Translations under genes and position numbers: made by a program
Assembly (NCBI RefSeq): GCF_011745625.1
Contig: NW_027191482.1
Span: 1 to 64,000 of the forward strand
Length of the DNA stretch: 64,000 bases
Source of the DNA: Cladosporium halotolerans
Lineage: Eukaryota
Direction of reading: 5' to 3'
The notes under the pieces: generated by a model
What the model was told of the DNA's origin: nothing
Seen by the model: only the letters and a program-made list of their open reading frames with translations
The model's database searches: none
Part shown: positions 34,556 through 47,289 of the stretch, piece after piece
How positions within the stretch are numbered: the first letter of the stretch is position 1
How the letters are laid out: the number at the start of each line of letters is the position of its first letter

Positions 34556-37500
34556 ATGTCGAACCAACAGAAAGGCGGCGCCGGTGGCGGCGGCGACAAC
34601 AACATGAGCCAGTACAAGTATGGCGCCATGTCCAACTTGGTCCTGCAGGCGGACCGGCGCTTCGTCTCGCGTCGCGGCGACGAGAATACCGGTGATCCTG
34701 AATCTCTCGCGGGTCGCATCAGATTAGGCGACATGGGCTCGAGAACAGCACGCGAGGCCGCGCCCGCGCGCCCGCCGGCGATGGACCAGGCGCGCAAGAG
34801 GAAGCGGACGGAGCCCGTGCAGAGCTCGAGAGCGGCCGGTGTGCTGAGCCAGGCGGACTTGAACATCGAGGGACTGCGATACAGGCCTCGGACGGCTGCG
34901 ACGAAGGATGTCTACGATCTCATTGCGACTGAGGTCGCCCGGAAGATGGGTGGCGATTACGGGCTTGCGGTCACAGCGTCGGCGACGGATTCGATTCTGG
35001 AGTATCTGAAAGATGAGACGCTGAAGGATTTTGACAAGAAGAAGGAGATCGATGATATCCTTGGCGTGCATCTCACCAGCCAAGAGATGAACATGCTGGT
35101 GAATCTGGGAAAGAAGATCACAGATTATGACGCGCAAGATGAAGATGAAGAAATGGGAGAAGAGGCCGGCGAGGGTGCGGACATCGATGAGCGTCAGGGT
35201 GTGGCAGTTGACTTCGGCGAAGAGGACGAAGAGGAGGAGGGCAAAGGCCAGACTTTCGAGGTACGAGACGAGGACGAAGAATCTGAGGATGAACTCCAGA
35301 TGGGCACCGAGGAAATCACTGGCGAGATCGACGGCCCTCCGCCAGCTGCCGCCGACGAGGAGGAAGCGGATGAAGATGGAATGGTAATCGAGAATCGATC
35401 ACAACGCAAAGATGCCGAGCAGGATCCCGACATTGTACCAGCGCACGAGATCGACGCATACTGGTTACAAAGACAGATCGGACAACTCTACGAAGATGCA
35501 CACATTCAATCGGAGAAGACGCAAGAGTCGGAACAGATCATGTCGGCTTTGGAGGATGACTCCGGCGAGCAAAAACCCCTGCGCGAGGTGGAAAACGATT
35601 TGATGGAGCTCTTCGATTACGAACACCCTGAGCTCGTTGGCAAGCTCGTCAAAAACAGAGACAAGATTGTGTGGGTGCTCCGATGGCAACGCGCTGGTGA
35701 AGACCAGCAGGCGCGATCAAATGTGGAAAAAGAGATGGTTGGTGCGGGACACGCTGCAATCTTGAAAGAGCTGAGAGGTCGCGATGAGCCCTCAAATGAG
35801 GGCAAGGCGAAGCTGAACATCAAGCTTGACCCGATGGAGTTGGACGCGAAAGCGCCTGCACCAGAAGTGCAGGAAGCTCCTCGAGACGGCCTCGTCGGCG
35901 GACTTCAGCCTCGTCGCACACTGAATGTCGAAGATCTCAAGTTTGACCAGGGAAACCATCTCATGACGAACCAGAATGTTCGCCTTCCCCAGGGCTCAAC
36001 AAAGCGAACGTTCAAGGGCTATGAAGAAATTCATGTCCCAGCTCCTAAGCCGAAATTTGATCCTTCAGAACCGCTAAAGCCTACGTCTGATCTCCCAGCT
36101 TGGGCGCAAGCCGGATTCGGATCTTCAAAGTCATTGAATCGAATTCAAACGAGATGCTATCCCACGGCGTTCGAAGACGATGGCAACATGTTGATCTGCG
36201 CCCCCACCGGTTCCGGCAAGACCAACGTCGCTATGCTGACAATGCTGCGTGAGATCGGCAAGCACCGAAATCCTGAGACTGGCGAAATTGACCTGGACAG
36301 CTTCAAGATTGTCTACATTGCACCTTTGAAAGCCTTGGTGCAGGAGCAAGTGGGAAACTTTGGCAAGAGACTGGAGCCGTATGGCATTACGGTGTCTGAG
36401 CTTACAGGTGACCGACAACTCACAAAGCAGCAAATCGCAGACACTCAGGTCATCGTCACTACCCCTGAAAAGTGGGACGTTATCACCCGCAAGGCCACGG
36501 ACACCAGCTACACAAATCTTGTTCGCCTGATTTGCATTGACGAAATCCACTTGCTCCATGATGACCGTGGACCTGTGCTTGAGAGCATCGTCGCGAGAAC
36601 CATCCGACGCCAGGAACAAACTGGAGACCCGGTTCGCATAGTTGGTCTATCTGCTACTTTGCCGAACTACCGCGATGTTGCCACATTCCTACGTGCGGAC
36701 CCTCAGACCGGTGTGTTCCACTTTGATGGTAGCTTCCGCCCTTGCCCTCTCAAACAGGAGTTTGTTGGCGTCACAGATAAGAAGGCCATCAAGCAGCTGA
36801 AGACTATGAATGATGTCTGTTACACCAAGACCCTAGAGCAAGTCGGCCAAAACAAGCAGCAGATGCTCATTTTCGTTCATTCGCGCAAGGAGACTGCAAA
36901 GACCGCCAAGTATATTCGGGATAAGGCGATGGAGCTCGAGACCATTGGCCAGATCTTGCGCACAGACGGCGCGACTCGCGAGATTCTGCGTGACGAGGCT
37001 GACAGCGCGGGTAACGCTGATCTCAAGGATGTCCTGCCCTACGGTTTCGGTATCCACCACGCTGGTATGAGCAGAGCCGACAGGACGACCGTTGAAGACT
37101 TGTTCGCCGACGGTCACATTCAAGTATTGGTGTGCACAGCCACGCTTGCCTGGGGTGTCAACCTTCCCGCTCACACCGTCATTATCAAAGGCACTCAGGT
37201 CTATTCTCCCGAGAAGGGTAGCTGGGTCGAGCTCAGTCCGCAAGACGTGTTGCAGATGCTTGGTCGCGCCGGTCGTCCTCAATACGACACCTACGGTGAA
37301 GGTATCATCATCACCTCACAGGGAGAGTTGCAATACTACCTCTCTTTGCTGAACCAGCAGCTCCCTATCGAGAGTCAGTTCGCTTCTCGTCTGGCCGACA
37401 ACTTGAACGCGGAAATTGTCCTTGGCAACATTCGGACCAGAGACGAGGGTGTCCAATGGCTTGGATACACCTATCTGTTCGTCCGTATGCTGCGTTCGCC

Positions 37501-40500
37501 GAACCTGTACCAGGTCGGTGCAGAGTACGACGACGATGAAGCCTTGGAGCAGAGGCGAGTGGACTTGATTCATTCGGCCGCGGTGATGCTCGAAGCAGCC
37601 AGCCTGGTCAAGTATGATAAGAAGTCGGGTCGCCTGCAGTCAACTGAACTTGGCCGTGTTGCCAGTCACTACTACATCACGCACAACAGCATGTTGACCT
37701 ACAACCGCAACATCCAGCCCTCCGTGAGTCCGATCGAGCTGTTCCGAATCTTCGCTCTCAGCGAGGAGTTCAAGTACATTCCTGTGCGTCAGGATGAGAA
37801 GCTTGAGATGGCTAAGCTCCTTGGACGTGTGCCTATTCCGGTCAAGGAGACCATCGATGAACCCCACTGCAAGATCAACGTCCTTCTTCAGGCCTTCATC
37901 AGCAGATTGAAGCTCGAAGGCCTTGCCCTCATGGCAGATCTTGTGTACGTTACCCAGTCGGCCGGACGTATTCTGCGTGCGATGTTCGAGATCGCTTTGA
38001 AGAAGGGCTGGGCAGGTGTCGCTAAGGATGCTTTGGCTCTCTGCAAAACGGCAGAGAAGCGAATGTGGCCGACGATGACTCCTCTGCGCCAGTTCCCCGA
38101 ATGCTCACCGGAAATCATCAAGAAGGCCGAGCGCATCGACGTGCCCTGGCAGCAATACTTTGACCTTGACCCTCCTCGCATGGGTGAGCTGCTTGGTATG
38201 CAGAAGCACGGACGCCAGGTCTGCAACATGGTCTCCCGTTTCCCTCGGCTGGATGTCCAGGCGCAGGTTCAACCCATCACCAGGAGTATGCTACGCGTGG
38301 AGCTGACACTCACACCAAACTTCGAGTGGGACGACAACCTTCACGGCCGCGCCGAGAGCTGGTGGATTATCGTCGAGGACTGCGATGGTGAGCAGATTCT
38401 TTTCCACGACCAGTTCCTGCTTCGCAAGGACTATGCCATCTCTGAGATGAACGAGCACCTTGTGGAATTCACCGTCCCGATCACCGACCCCATGCCACCG
38501 AACTACTTCATTACTGTAGTTTCGGACCGTTGGATGCATGCTGAAAGCAAGCTCGCACTGAGCTTCCAGAAGTTGCATCTTCCAGACAAGTTCCCTGCTC
38601 ACACCCCTCTGCTTGAATTGCAGCCACTGCCGGTCGCTTCGCTTAAGAGACAAGAGTTCGTGGACCTTTATCCCGACTGGAGCAATTTCAACCGGATCCA
38701 GTCGCAGACCTTCAACCACCTGTTCCAGTCAGATGACAGCGTTCTCATTGGATCTGCTGCTGGCAGTGGCAAGACCGTTTGTGCGGAATTCGCGCTCCTG
38801 AGGCACTGGTCCAAGCAAAATCCTGGCAAGGCTGTCTACATTGCGCCTTTCCAAGAACAAGTGGATGCCCGACAGAAATCTTGGCAGCCCCGTTTCTCTG
38901 GTCTGGCAGGTGGCAAGGAGGTTGTGAAGCTCACTGGTGAGACTGCCGCCGACCTGAAGCTCCTTGAGCGGGGCGATCTTATTCTCGCTACACCTGCGCA
39001 GTGGGACATGATGTCTCGCCAGTGGCAGCGCCGCAAGAATGTGCAGAACACAAAGCTGCTGATTGCGGATGACCTGCACTTGCTCGGTGGCCACGGCGGC
39101 TACGTCTACGAGACTATCGTTTCTCGAACGCAGGCCATTGCCGCGAACTTGGAGACCAACGTTCGTATCGTCGGACTAAGTGTCTCCCTCGCAAACGCCA
39201 GGGACATTGGCGAGTGGATTGGAGCCAGCAAGCAGACGATCTACAACTTCAGCCCTGCGGTACGACCGATTCCGCTGGGTCTGCATCTGCAATCGTTCAC
39301 CATCCCCCACTTCCCTTCGCTCATGCTTGCCATGACGAAGCCTACTTACCAGGCTATCCTGCAACACGCCTCTGAGAAGCCCGCCATGGTGTTTGTGCCT
39401 AGCCGTAAGCAAGTGCGTGCGACAGCGTCAGACTTGCTCGCTGCTTGCGTTGCAGATGACGACGAGGATCGTTTCCTTCATGCCGACATCGAGACTCTCT
39501 CACCGTTGCTCAAGAAGGTCAAGGAGCGATCGCTGGCTGAGTCGCTCTCTCATGGCATTGCCTATTACCACGAGGCTATGTCTGCCGGTGACAAGCGTAT
39601 CGTCGATCACCTGTTCAGTCAAGGAGCTGTCCAGGTCATGCTGGTGTCGAGAGACTGCTGCTGGGAGATTCAGAGCTCGGCGTACCTTGTCATCATCATG
39701 GGCACGCAGTTCTTTGAAGGTCGCGAGCATCGATACATCGACTACCCGATCAGCGAAGTTCTGCAGATGTTCGGAAAGGCAGGCCGCTCTCTTGAAGACA
39801 AGGAGTCTCGCGGCGTTCTCATGTGCCCAGCCGTCAAGCGCGAGTACTACAGCAAGTTCCTCAAGGAGGCTCTTCCGATCGAGAGTCAACTGCAGACTTT
39901 CTTCCACGATGCCTTTGTCACCGAAATCAGCACCAAGACGATTGAGTCCACTCAGGACGCCGTGGACTGGTCGACCTACACATACTTCTACCGCAGACTG
40001 CTGGCCAACCCCAGCTTCTACGGCTTGCAAGACACATCACACGACGGCTTGAGCGCATATCTGTCAGAGTTGGTCGAGTCGACGCTCAAGGAGCTATCGG
40101 AAGCCAAGCTGATCGAGCTCGACGAGGACGAGGACACAGTCGAGCCGATGAACGCCGCCATGATCGCAGCCTACTACAACATCTCGTTCATCACCATGCA
40201 GACCCTGCTCCTCTCGCTCAAGCGCAACACGAAGCTCAAGGGCATCCTTGAAATCATCACTGCCGCCACCGAGTTCGAAGACATCCAGATCCGCCGGCAC
40301 GAAGAGCACGTCCTGCAGCGCATCTACGACCGCGTGCCCGTCAAGCTCGGCGAAGTCAACTTCGAATCCCCCCACTTCAAGGCCTTCGTCCTCCTGCAAG
40401 CCCACTTCTCCCGCATGCAACTCCCCACCGACCTCGCCAAGGACCAGGAACTCGTCCTCCGCAAGGTCCTCGGCCTCCTCTCCGCCTCCGTCGACGTCCT

Positions 40501-41167
40501 CTCCTCCGAAGGCCACCTCAACGCCATGAGCGCCATGGAGATGAGCCAGATGGTCGTGCAGGCCATGTGGGACCGCGACTCGCCGCTGAAGCAGATCCCG
40601 CACTTCGGCCCGGAAGTCGTCGACGCCTGCAACGCCGCCGGCGTCTCCGACGTCTTCGAGTTCATGGAGGCCATGGACCCCAGCGAGAACCCCGACTACG
40701 GCAAGCTCGTGCAGGCCATGGGCCTCTCCAACGCGCAGCTGGCCGACGCCGCCCGCTTCACGAACGAGCGCTACCCGAACGTCGAGCTGAACTTCGAGCT
40801 CGAGGAGCCGGACGCCGTCGTCTCCGGCGCGCCGAGCGTGCTCAACGTCTCCGTCGAGCGCGAGATCGAAGAGCACGAGCAGCCGAACCTGGCCGTCCAC
40901 GCGCCCTTCTACCCCGCGGAGAAGACGGAGAACTGGTGGCTGGTCGTCGGCGAGGAGAGCTCCAAGTCCCTGCTGGCCATCAAGAGGGTCACGGTCGCGC
41001 GGGCGCTGAAGACGAAGCTCGAGCTCGTCGTGCCGACGCCGGGCAGGCATGCGCTGACGCTGTTTTTGATGAGCGCGGATTACGTTGGCGTCGACCAGGC
41101 GCCGACGTTCGAGGTTGATGCTGCGGAAGGGATGGAGGAGGATGAGGATGAGGATGACGAGGAGTAG
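34556..41167 (+). CDS. BRR2: U5 snRNP pre-mRNA splicing helicase Brr2 (SNRNP200)
   Basis: N-terminal QYKYGAMSNLVLQADRRF, PWI-like EIDAYWLQR, first helicase cassette (APTGSGKT, DEIH, SATLPN, QMLGRAGRP), second degenerate cassette (AAGSGKT, DDLH), two Sec63 domains; single exon, ATG at 34556. Confidence 0.97.
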   Translation: MSNQQKGGAGGGGDNNMSQYKYGAMSNLVLQADRRFVSRRGDENTGDPESLAGRIRLGDMGSRTAREAAPARPPAMDQARKRKRTEPVQSSRAAGVLSQADLNIEGLRYRPRTAATKDVYDLIATEVARKMGGDYGLAVTASATDSILEYLKDETLKDFDKKKEIDDILGVHLTSQEMNMLVNLGKKITDYDAQDEDEEMGEEAGEGADIDERQGVAVDFGEEDEEEEGKGQTFEVRDEDEESEDELQMGTEEITGEIDGPPPAAADEEEADEDGMVIENRSQRKDAEQDPDIVPAHEIDAYWLQRQIGQLYEDAHIQSEKTQESEQIMSALEDDSGEQKPLREVENDLMELFDYEHPELVGKLVKNRDKIVWVLRWQRAGEDQQARSNVEKEMVGAGHAAILKELRGRDEPSNEGKAKLNIKLDPMELDAKAPAPEVQEAPRDGLVGGLQPRRTLNVEDLKFDQGNHLMTNQNVRLPQGSTKRTFKGYEEIHVPAPKPKFDPSEPLKPTSDLPAWAQAGFGSSKSLNRIQTRCYPTAFEDDGNMLICAPTGSGKTNVAMLTMLREIGKHRNPETGEIDLDSFKIVYIAPLKALVQEQVGNFGKRLEPYGITVSELTGDRQLTKQQIADTQVIVTTPEKWDVITRKATDTSYTNLVRLICIDEIHLLHDDRGPVLESIVARTIRRQEQTGDPVRIVGLSATLPNYRDVATFLRADPQTGVFHFDGSFRPCPLKQEFVGVTDKKAIKQLKTMNDVCYTKTLEQVGQNKQQMLIFVHSRKETAKTAKYIRDKAMELETIGQILRTDGATREILRDEADSAGNADLKDVLPYGFGIHHAGMSRADRTTVEDLFADGHIQVLVCTATLAWGVNLPAHTVIIKGTQVYSPEKGSWVELSPQDVLQMLGRAGRPQYDTYGEGIIITSQGELQYYLSLLNQQLPIESQFASRLADNLNAEIVLGNIRTRDEGVQWLGYTYLFVRMLRSPNLYQVGAEYDDDEALEQRRVDLIHSAAVMLEAASLVKYDKKSGRLQSTELGRVASHYYITHNSMLTYNRNIQPSVSPIELFRIFALSEEFKYIPVRQDEKLEMAKLLGRVPIPVKETIDEPHCKINVLLQAFISRLKLEGLALMADLVYVTQSAGRILRAMFEIALKKGWAGVAKDALALCKTAEKRMWPTMTPLRQFPECSPEIIKKAERIDVPWQQYFDLDPPRMGELLGMQKHGRQVCNMVSRFPRLDVQAQVQPITRSMLRVELTLTPNFEWDDNLHGRAESWWIIVEDCDGEQILFHDQFLLRKDYAISEMNEHLVEFTVPITDPMPPNYFITVVSDRWMHAESKLALSFQKLHLPDKFPAHTPLLELQPLPVASLKRQEFVDLYPDWSNFNRIQSQTFNHLFQSDDSVLIGSAAGSGKTVCAEFALLRHWSKQNPGKAVYIAPFQEQVDARQKSWQPRFSGLAGGKEVVKLTGETAADLKLLERGDLILATPAQWDMMSRQWQRRKNVQNTKLLIADDLHLLGGHGGYVYETIVSRTQAIAANLETNVRIVGLSVSLANARDIGEWIGASKQTIYNFSPAVRPIPLGLHLQSFTIPHFPSLMLAMTKPTYQAILQHASEKPAMVFVPSRKQVRATASDLLAACVADDDEDRFLHADIETLSPLLKKVKERSLAESLSHGIAYYHEAMSAGDKRIVDHLFSQGAVQVMLVSRDCCWEIQSSAYLVIIMGTQFFEGREHRYIDYPISEVLQMFGKAGRSLEDKESRGVLMCPAVKREYYSKFLKEALPIESQLQTFFHDAFVTEISTKTIESTQDAVDWSTYTYFYRRLLANPSFYGLQDTSHDGLSAYLSELVESTLKELSEAKLIELDEDEDTVEPMNAAMIAAYYNISFITMQTLLLSLKRNTKLKGILEIITAATEFEDIQIRRHEEHVLQRIYDRVPVKLGEVNFESPHFKAFVLLQAHFSRMQLPTDLAKDQELVLRKVLGLLSASVDVLSSEGHLNAMSAMEMSQMVVQAMWDRDSPLKQIPHFGPEVVDACNAAGVSDVFEFMEAMDPSENPDYGKLVQAMGLSNAQLADAARFTNERYPNVELNFELEEPDAVVSGAPSVLNVSVEREIEEHEQPNLAVHAPFYPAEKTENWWLVVGEESSKSLLAIKRVTVARALKTKLELVVPTPGRHALTLFLMSADYVGVDQAPTFEVDAAEGMEEDEDEDDEE

Positions 41168-43007
41168 ATGGATGAACGGTGGTGGGTGGTGGAGCGGGCG
41201 TTGTGGAATGGCTAGAAGCCCTGTTTTTTTGTATATGCGATTGTAGGTATATTGACAATGCTCCTTTTTTTTTATTAGACAAATAGGAGCTACCCTTTTT
41301 CCAATCCCAGACGCCAACATGCGTGTCGACTTACGGCTATGGTACGCTCAAAGCGCAGACTGCAGCACAATTCACACCCACCTGCAAAGTCACCGTCGCA
41401 CATACTACATGACAGCATGTTCGATCGACACCAGCCCGCAGCCGCATCATTCGCCTACCGCAACCGCCCAGACACCAATGCCCGACCACGCACTCCCGTC
41501 TTCCTGAATACTTCCTATCGCACCGCGCTCAAAAGCCCAACTTTCGCTATCGGCCCTGTTTCGCAGATATGGATGGAGGTGGTGGTGGGCTGGGTCCTGG
41601 CGCTGATAAGAGCCCGATCCATCTATCTATGTGGAGCCGGGACGCCGATGAGATACGGCGGCCGCGGTTCCTCGGGCGCCGAAGTTGATGGGGAGAGTGA
41701 GTGAGTGTTTGGAATCAACGTTTTTAATTCGAGCGAACCATGGGTTTTCTGATGTCGATGGGAACGATAAGCGGTATCGAGCCCTGGGGCAGGATGGCGA
41801 TTGGAGACACCGGCGTGGTTGGATGGGGATTTGAGTGCCTGATCCCTGCTCACCTGCAGACGGCCTGGACGCCATTGGGGAGATGGGCTTCGTTTCGCGA
41901 GTTATTACTGGGGGTTTTGTTTCGCAGGGGGAAATAATGTAGGATCGCTAGACCAGGCTGCTGTCAAGGGAAGGATCGGCGTCCCGTGATCCTTTACCGT
42001 TCTGAGTTTTGGAAGCACGCGCTGGGCCGGAAGGATTTCGTACAGGGCGGTACAGCAGGTCTTGCTTAAGCGATTCGGACGGACTGCCTCGTGGCTTTTG
42101 GGCGGCTTCGAGCCCGTGGCGAATGGCGCTTCTTGCGGAGTATTCGAGCTGCGCGCCTGAAGAGTTCTTGAGATTGCCCGGTCCATGGATGATGACTTCG
42201 AGAACTTGGTGAGTTCGCGACGCATCGCCAAGCAGCCTGTTATTGGACAGAGCTACATTGTCAGAGGGGTCCCAAGGTGTCTCACTCGCCAACGCTCGCA
42301 TTGACCAAACGTCCCAAACGAGGCTGCGGACGTGTAATCGCGGTAATCAAAGTTCCTCTACTCTGCTGGTCACAAGTCAGCCGATCTCGGCAGACGGACG
42401 CCATGCGGCCGCACTGCCACCGCGATGCGACGACTGATGCCACGTTGACGAGGCCACTCGGCACGTCATGATACCGTGTTCGACGATTAGCTTAATGGGC
42501 TACCACGGTTGCGACGCGTACGCGCAGCGCTGCAACTCATGATGCCCGCTCGCGGACCCCGCGGACGCTCAGAACGTGGAGAAGACTGGGGCACGACGGG
42601 CTGCCTCGCCCTGCGCGAACGCCCTTGGCCTGCAGAAGCGCAGCACCCGTCCTGGGTCTCTGCGTTGCGCAAATCGCGATCGCGGTTGGAATTCCTCCTC
42701 GTTGCTTGGGCGGGGGGTCAACTTCGCCCGTAAAGGCAACAACGGGCCGATGCCGGGTGATCTGGTGCCAGGGTTGGGTTCAGCCTTGGGCTTCCCTGCC
42801 TGCCTATCGCGCCTCTCGCAAAAGTCACCGCGTTATCGTGACCCTCGCACTCCTCCCGTGCAGGACGATGAGCCAGGCTCTGGCGACTGCAGTCAGTCTC
42901 TGCTCGCCTCGTGCTGCCGGGCGCCTGCGTTGCCCCTCCTCGCTGCCGTCTTTGCCCATGTGTGTACGGCACCACGCAGCATTATTTGCCTCCACACCTC
43001 GGCTACA

Positions 43008-43028
43008 GGCGGCGGCGGCGGCGGCGGC
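43008..43028. repeat. (GGC)7 microsatellite
   Basis: Seven perfect GGC units about 550 bp upstream of the Zn2Cys6 gene. Confidence 0.85.
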
Positions 43029-43573
43029 GGGCAGGCCAGAGGCAGGCGTTGCTACCTACCTTACATGCGGGCGACGATATCGTGACGCAGCGCGCCGTCT
43101 TACCAGGCGAACGTGGTGCAACGCTGGGCCTGTGGAGGCCGTGGCCGGGCAGGCTCTGGCCGCAGCGGGCTGTCATCAGCGCATGCCCGCCGTAGGATGG
43201 ACCATCTGCAGGCTGCTCATTGGCCGTGGCGCGGCCCAGCTCCACCGGCGGCGCGTGATACTCGGCCGGGGAGGGGTAGAGCGCTGATAGCTCGATAGCA
43301 CGCAGGTAAGGTAAGGTAGGGCTGCTGCCCGCATGGCGGATGGCGGATGCGGGCGCGATAGTAGTACGCCCCGCGACCGCGCAGGGACTGCGTGTGAGTG
43401 TGTCTGCCAATCTGTCTGTGGGCGGTGACGGCGGCACCTGGAACCTTATACTCTTCCTGCGTCGCTCCGTCTGCCTCACTTCTTGCCCGGATCCCGCATC
43501 GTGGTCCTGCCATGTCCTGAGAGCACCCGTGCGATCGCGCACCACCACACTCGCCGAGGACAGGCACAACCTT

Positions 43574-46405
43574 ATGGCGGAGGGCATCCAGATCCCCTCG
43601 CCCTCGGTCTTCCTGCGCGCCAGCCCGAGCCCTCCTCGCGCCCAACCTCGCGACGACCAGCCGCCCGTGGCCAAGAATGCCCGCCGCCAGACCTCCACCG
43701 CAACCACCAAGAAGGCCCCGGCTCGCAAGCAGTCGGCCGGCGCCGCCGCCGACGGCGTGCCCAAGCCCAAGCAGTCCAAGAGTCGCAACGGTATATATGT
43801 CAGAGCCCTTCCGAGGCGTCTTCAACAGAGCCTCGCCGCGGGAGCGCAGCGTGCGCGTGCAGGCCGGCCGTGTACTGATCGGGACCATTCACAGGCTGCG
43901 TAACGTGCAAGGCCAAGCGACTGAAATGCGGCGAAGAGAAGCCGGGCTGCCAGCAGTGCGCGAAGCGCAAGGTTGACTGCGGCGGCTACAGGAAGGACTT
44001 CAAGTGGCGCCCCTTCGAGGAGACCAACGTCAAGGTCAACATCGACCGCCAGAAGCGAGGTACGCGTGGTGATGATGGGGACCGGGACGCCACGGGGCGA
44101 GAACATCACTGACTCTGACTCTACACGCAGCATCACCACCAAGACAAGCACAGACTGATAAAAATTCAAAAAAGGACTCTCGTCCTTCAGACGCCGGCTC
44201 TGTGCCTCAGGCCGGCCCGTCGAACCCGTCCAAGGGCGTGAGAGCGTCTAGGGACAGCGGTATTGGCAACAACGAGGGTGACGAGGATGCTTCCTCGGCT
44301 GTGCAACTCCCACAGCGGCCAGCACCCCGTCGTTCTACCACAGGAGAGCCATGTGATCTGCAGAGACCTATCTCTCCGATTGTGGAAGACGCAGGGCCGG
44401 CTCCTACCTCTGGGAGTGCGCCCGCGACACCCCTATCTAAAGACACTGCAAGTGTGCCGATCGCTTCGATAAGCCCACGAACAGTCCTCAACCGCTCCTC
44501 GTCTGTGGGTGGTCCTGGTGCTGGCTCTCTGAATGGAGGCTCACCTACTCTCACCGAGATCCTCGCGCCGACGGCGGAGGTGACCATATCCGGTGATGAC
44601 TATGTGCCCTTCCAGATGCCAGATGACTACCATCTCCCACTGGACGATTTTCCGCACATTGGGCCGTTGCCCGACGATCACGGCATTCTCGATGACAGCA
44701 TCGATGAGATGCTTCGGTCAGGGCAGGCCAACGACGACCCGCAGTTGGCGTGGGCAGCACGATATATGTCGCCGCTTTCGCCAAAGGGATCACCAAACTC
44801 CGACGGAACGATTGATACATGGCAAGGATTCATGTACAATCAGCCCGTGCTCGCTCAAGACAGCCCGGAGATGCTGTCTCTGCGTTTTGACAAATTCACA
44901 TGTGGCATTCTCTCTGTGATGGACGGTCCATCCGAGAACCCATGGCGCACGCTGATCTGGCCACTCGCGCTGAACTCCCCAGCGCTCTACCATGCAGTTT
45001 TGGCGATGACTGCTTATCACGCTTCGCAAGATTTGCCTCGTCTGCGCCTAACAGGCCACGAGAATAAAGCAGCGAGCATCCGCTACATTCAAGAAGGTAT
45101 TAGAGACCACAGCATGACGGATCAAACCGCGATCGCGACAGCGTTGGCTCTCGGGTTCTCTGAATCGTGGGATCAGCACACTGCTACCGGCAACACTCAC
45201 ATCAAGGGCGCACAAGCCCTGGTCAAGCGAGCTCTGTCTGACCACCACAGAAACCCTCTTCGCGATGGCGAGCTCGCTCGACTGAAGTTCTTGTGTAACG
45301 CCTGGGTCTACATGGACGTCATTGCTCGTTTGACATCGGTCGACAGCGACGAGTCCAACGACTTCGACAACACCTTCCTCTTCTCATCCGACGCACCGCA
45401 AATGGTCATGGGCGAGCCCGGAATCCGAGGCTTCGGCATCGACTTTGGCATGCCCATCGACGCCCGCGTCGACCCCCTCATGGGCTGTGCGAACACGCTC
45501 TTTCCCCTCGTCGGGCGCGTGGCAAACCTCGTCCGCAAAGTCTGCCGCTCCATGAAAACCTCCCCGGCTCTAATCAGCCAAGCGAACGACCTCAAAATCG
45601 CCCTCGAAACCTGGGACCCGCCCACCTACATCGAACCCCCCGAGGACCCAACCTGCCAAGTCCAGCACACACTCCAAACCGCCGAAGCCTACCGGTGGGC
45701 CACGCTCCTCCACCTGCACCGCTCCGTCCCCGAGCTCCCCTCCCTGCCCTCCACCGAGCTCGCCGAGAAGGCCCTCTCCTACCTCGCCACCGTCCCCCTC
45801 GCCTCCCGCACCGTCGTCGTGCACATCTACCCGCTCATGGTCGCCGGCTGCGAGGCCGTCTCCGCCGAAGACCGGCAGTGGATCCGCGAGCGCTGGCGCG
45901 CGCTCGGCCAGCGCATGCGCATCGGCGTCATCGACAAGTGCGCCCTGGTCACGGAGGAGGTCTGGCGGCGCAAGGACGCCTACGAGGCGCAGCCCAGCGC
46001 CTCGCGCCGCCTCGTCGCGACCGCCGAGCTGCAGCCCGTCCGCCGCCGCGGCGAGCCGCTCAAGCGCACGCGCTCCGGCTTCGAGGACGCCGACCCGGGC
46101 CGCAAGGGCATGGTCTACAGCTGGGTCGAGGGCGACGGCGCGTTTTCCGAGGGCAGCGGGACGGGCTCCTCGCCGGACTCGGGCTCGCGGGCGGCGGCGG
46201 CGGACGGCGAGAGGTTCCCGCGCAGGCCGAGGCCGCTGCCGTTGAATATCGGCAAGATGGATCCCGCGTATACGGTCCGCGGGCATTTGCATTGGGTCGG
46301 CGTGATGTGGGATTGGGGCTGGGAAGGTGAGTTTGCAATGCAGTGAAAAAATCGGGCTAGAGGGACAGCAAGCTAACGAATTTCTTCGCAGTGCTTCTCG
46401 GGTAA
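43574..46405 (+). CDS. Zn2Cys6 transcription factor with fungal-specific TF domain (Acr-2-like)
   Basis: Introns 43791-43894, 44060-44130 and 46327-46391. Splicing yields SKSRNGCVTCKAKRLKCGEEKPGCQQCAKRKVDCGGY, then ENPWRTLIWPLA, ESWD, YMDVIARLT, DPLMGC, AEAYRWA and C-terminal HWVGVMWDWGWEVLLG*. Confidence 0.9.
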
Positions 46406-47282
46406 TAACAGACCCGTACCAAAACGAAAAAGCTCCGGAAAAAACGACTGCATGACACTCAGGCATTGGGTGGGGACGGCATCATCTAGACTCCTTGGTG
46501 CGCTCGCCTTTTGGCCCTTTTCTCGGCTCTGTCTTCCGGTGTTTTGGCGATCGCGGTGGGTTATGGAGTGGAGTTATCAGTTGGGATGGAATGGAATGTC
46601 GAGGAGCGTTTGTTTTGCTCGAGATGAAGTGACGAAATATGTGCTTTTCTGTCCCACGGGCCGCTTTCAGGCCATTCAGCGAACACGGTGCTGCGTTGGG
46701 TGTATGGAGTCTCTCTGCATTGGCCAGTTTATTTTTTCCTGGATTTCGATGAAGGTACAGGCGCAAGTGCAGGCGCTGGAAGGAGGGAGGGAGGGGCTTG
46801 GTTTATAATATTATCACTATCATCCATAGATTACGAAACCCGAAACATTCGCCGCACGCGTGACTCTCTGAACTGCAAACCCCATCAGCAAATCCACGAG
46901 TATCCCATGTCGTTCCTGTAATGCATCAGACCAAATGACCTTATCGCCTACCCGAAACAGCAACTTCGCGGTCAACTTATCGAACGCGCGTCCCGATCCG
47001 GTAGTCTTTTGCGACGCCGACCCCGCGACGCTCTTTCACGGCTTGTGGGACTGCGAAGGATCGCAGCCGCGTTTGGGACCTCACAGCTTCGGGTGAGGGG
47101 CATTCTGCGCGCTCACCTAAGATTTAGGACTGTGCTGGAGGCTGCTGATTCAGGCGTGGGCGTTTTGGTTGCCGGTTCTGGCTACGTCGTGCGGTGGGGA
47201 GGTGGTGTGGTTTATCTGACTGTGATGTGAGGTGGGTGGTGGGAGGGGTAGCTGATGGGTTTGGGGGGTGTTGTGCGCGGTG

Positions 47283-47289
47283 TATAAAA
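47283..47289 (+). promoter_or_regulatory. TATA box of the EutQ-like gene
   Basis: TATAAAA about 120 nt upstream of the ATG at 47406. Confidence 0.5.

Noticed and set aside
41300..43570. Possible snRNA, RNase P/MRP or telomerase RNA in the long BRR2-Zn2Cys6 intergenic region
   Set aside because: No diagnostic motifs found (U1 ATACTTACC, U2 GTGTAGTA, U6 ACAGAGA, TAACCCTAA template). More likely an extended promoter of the transcription factor.
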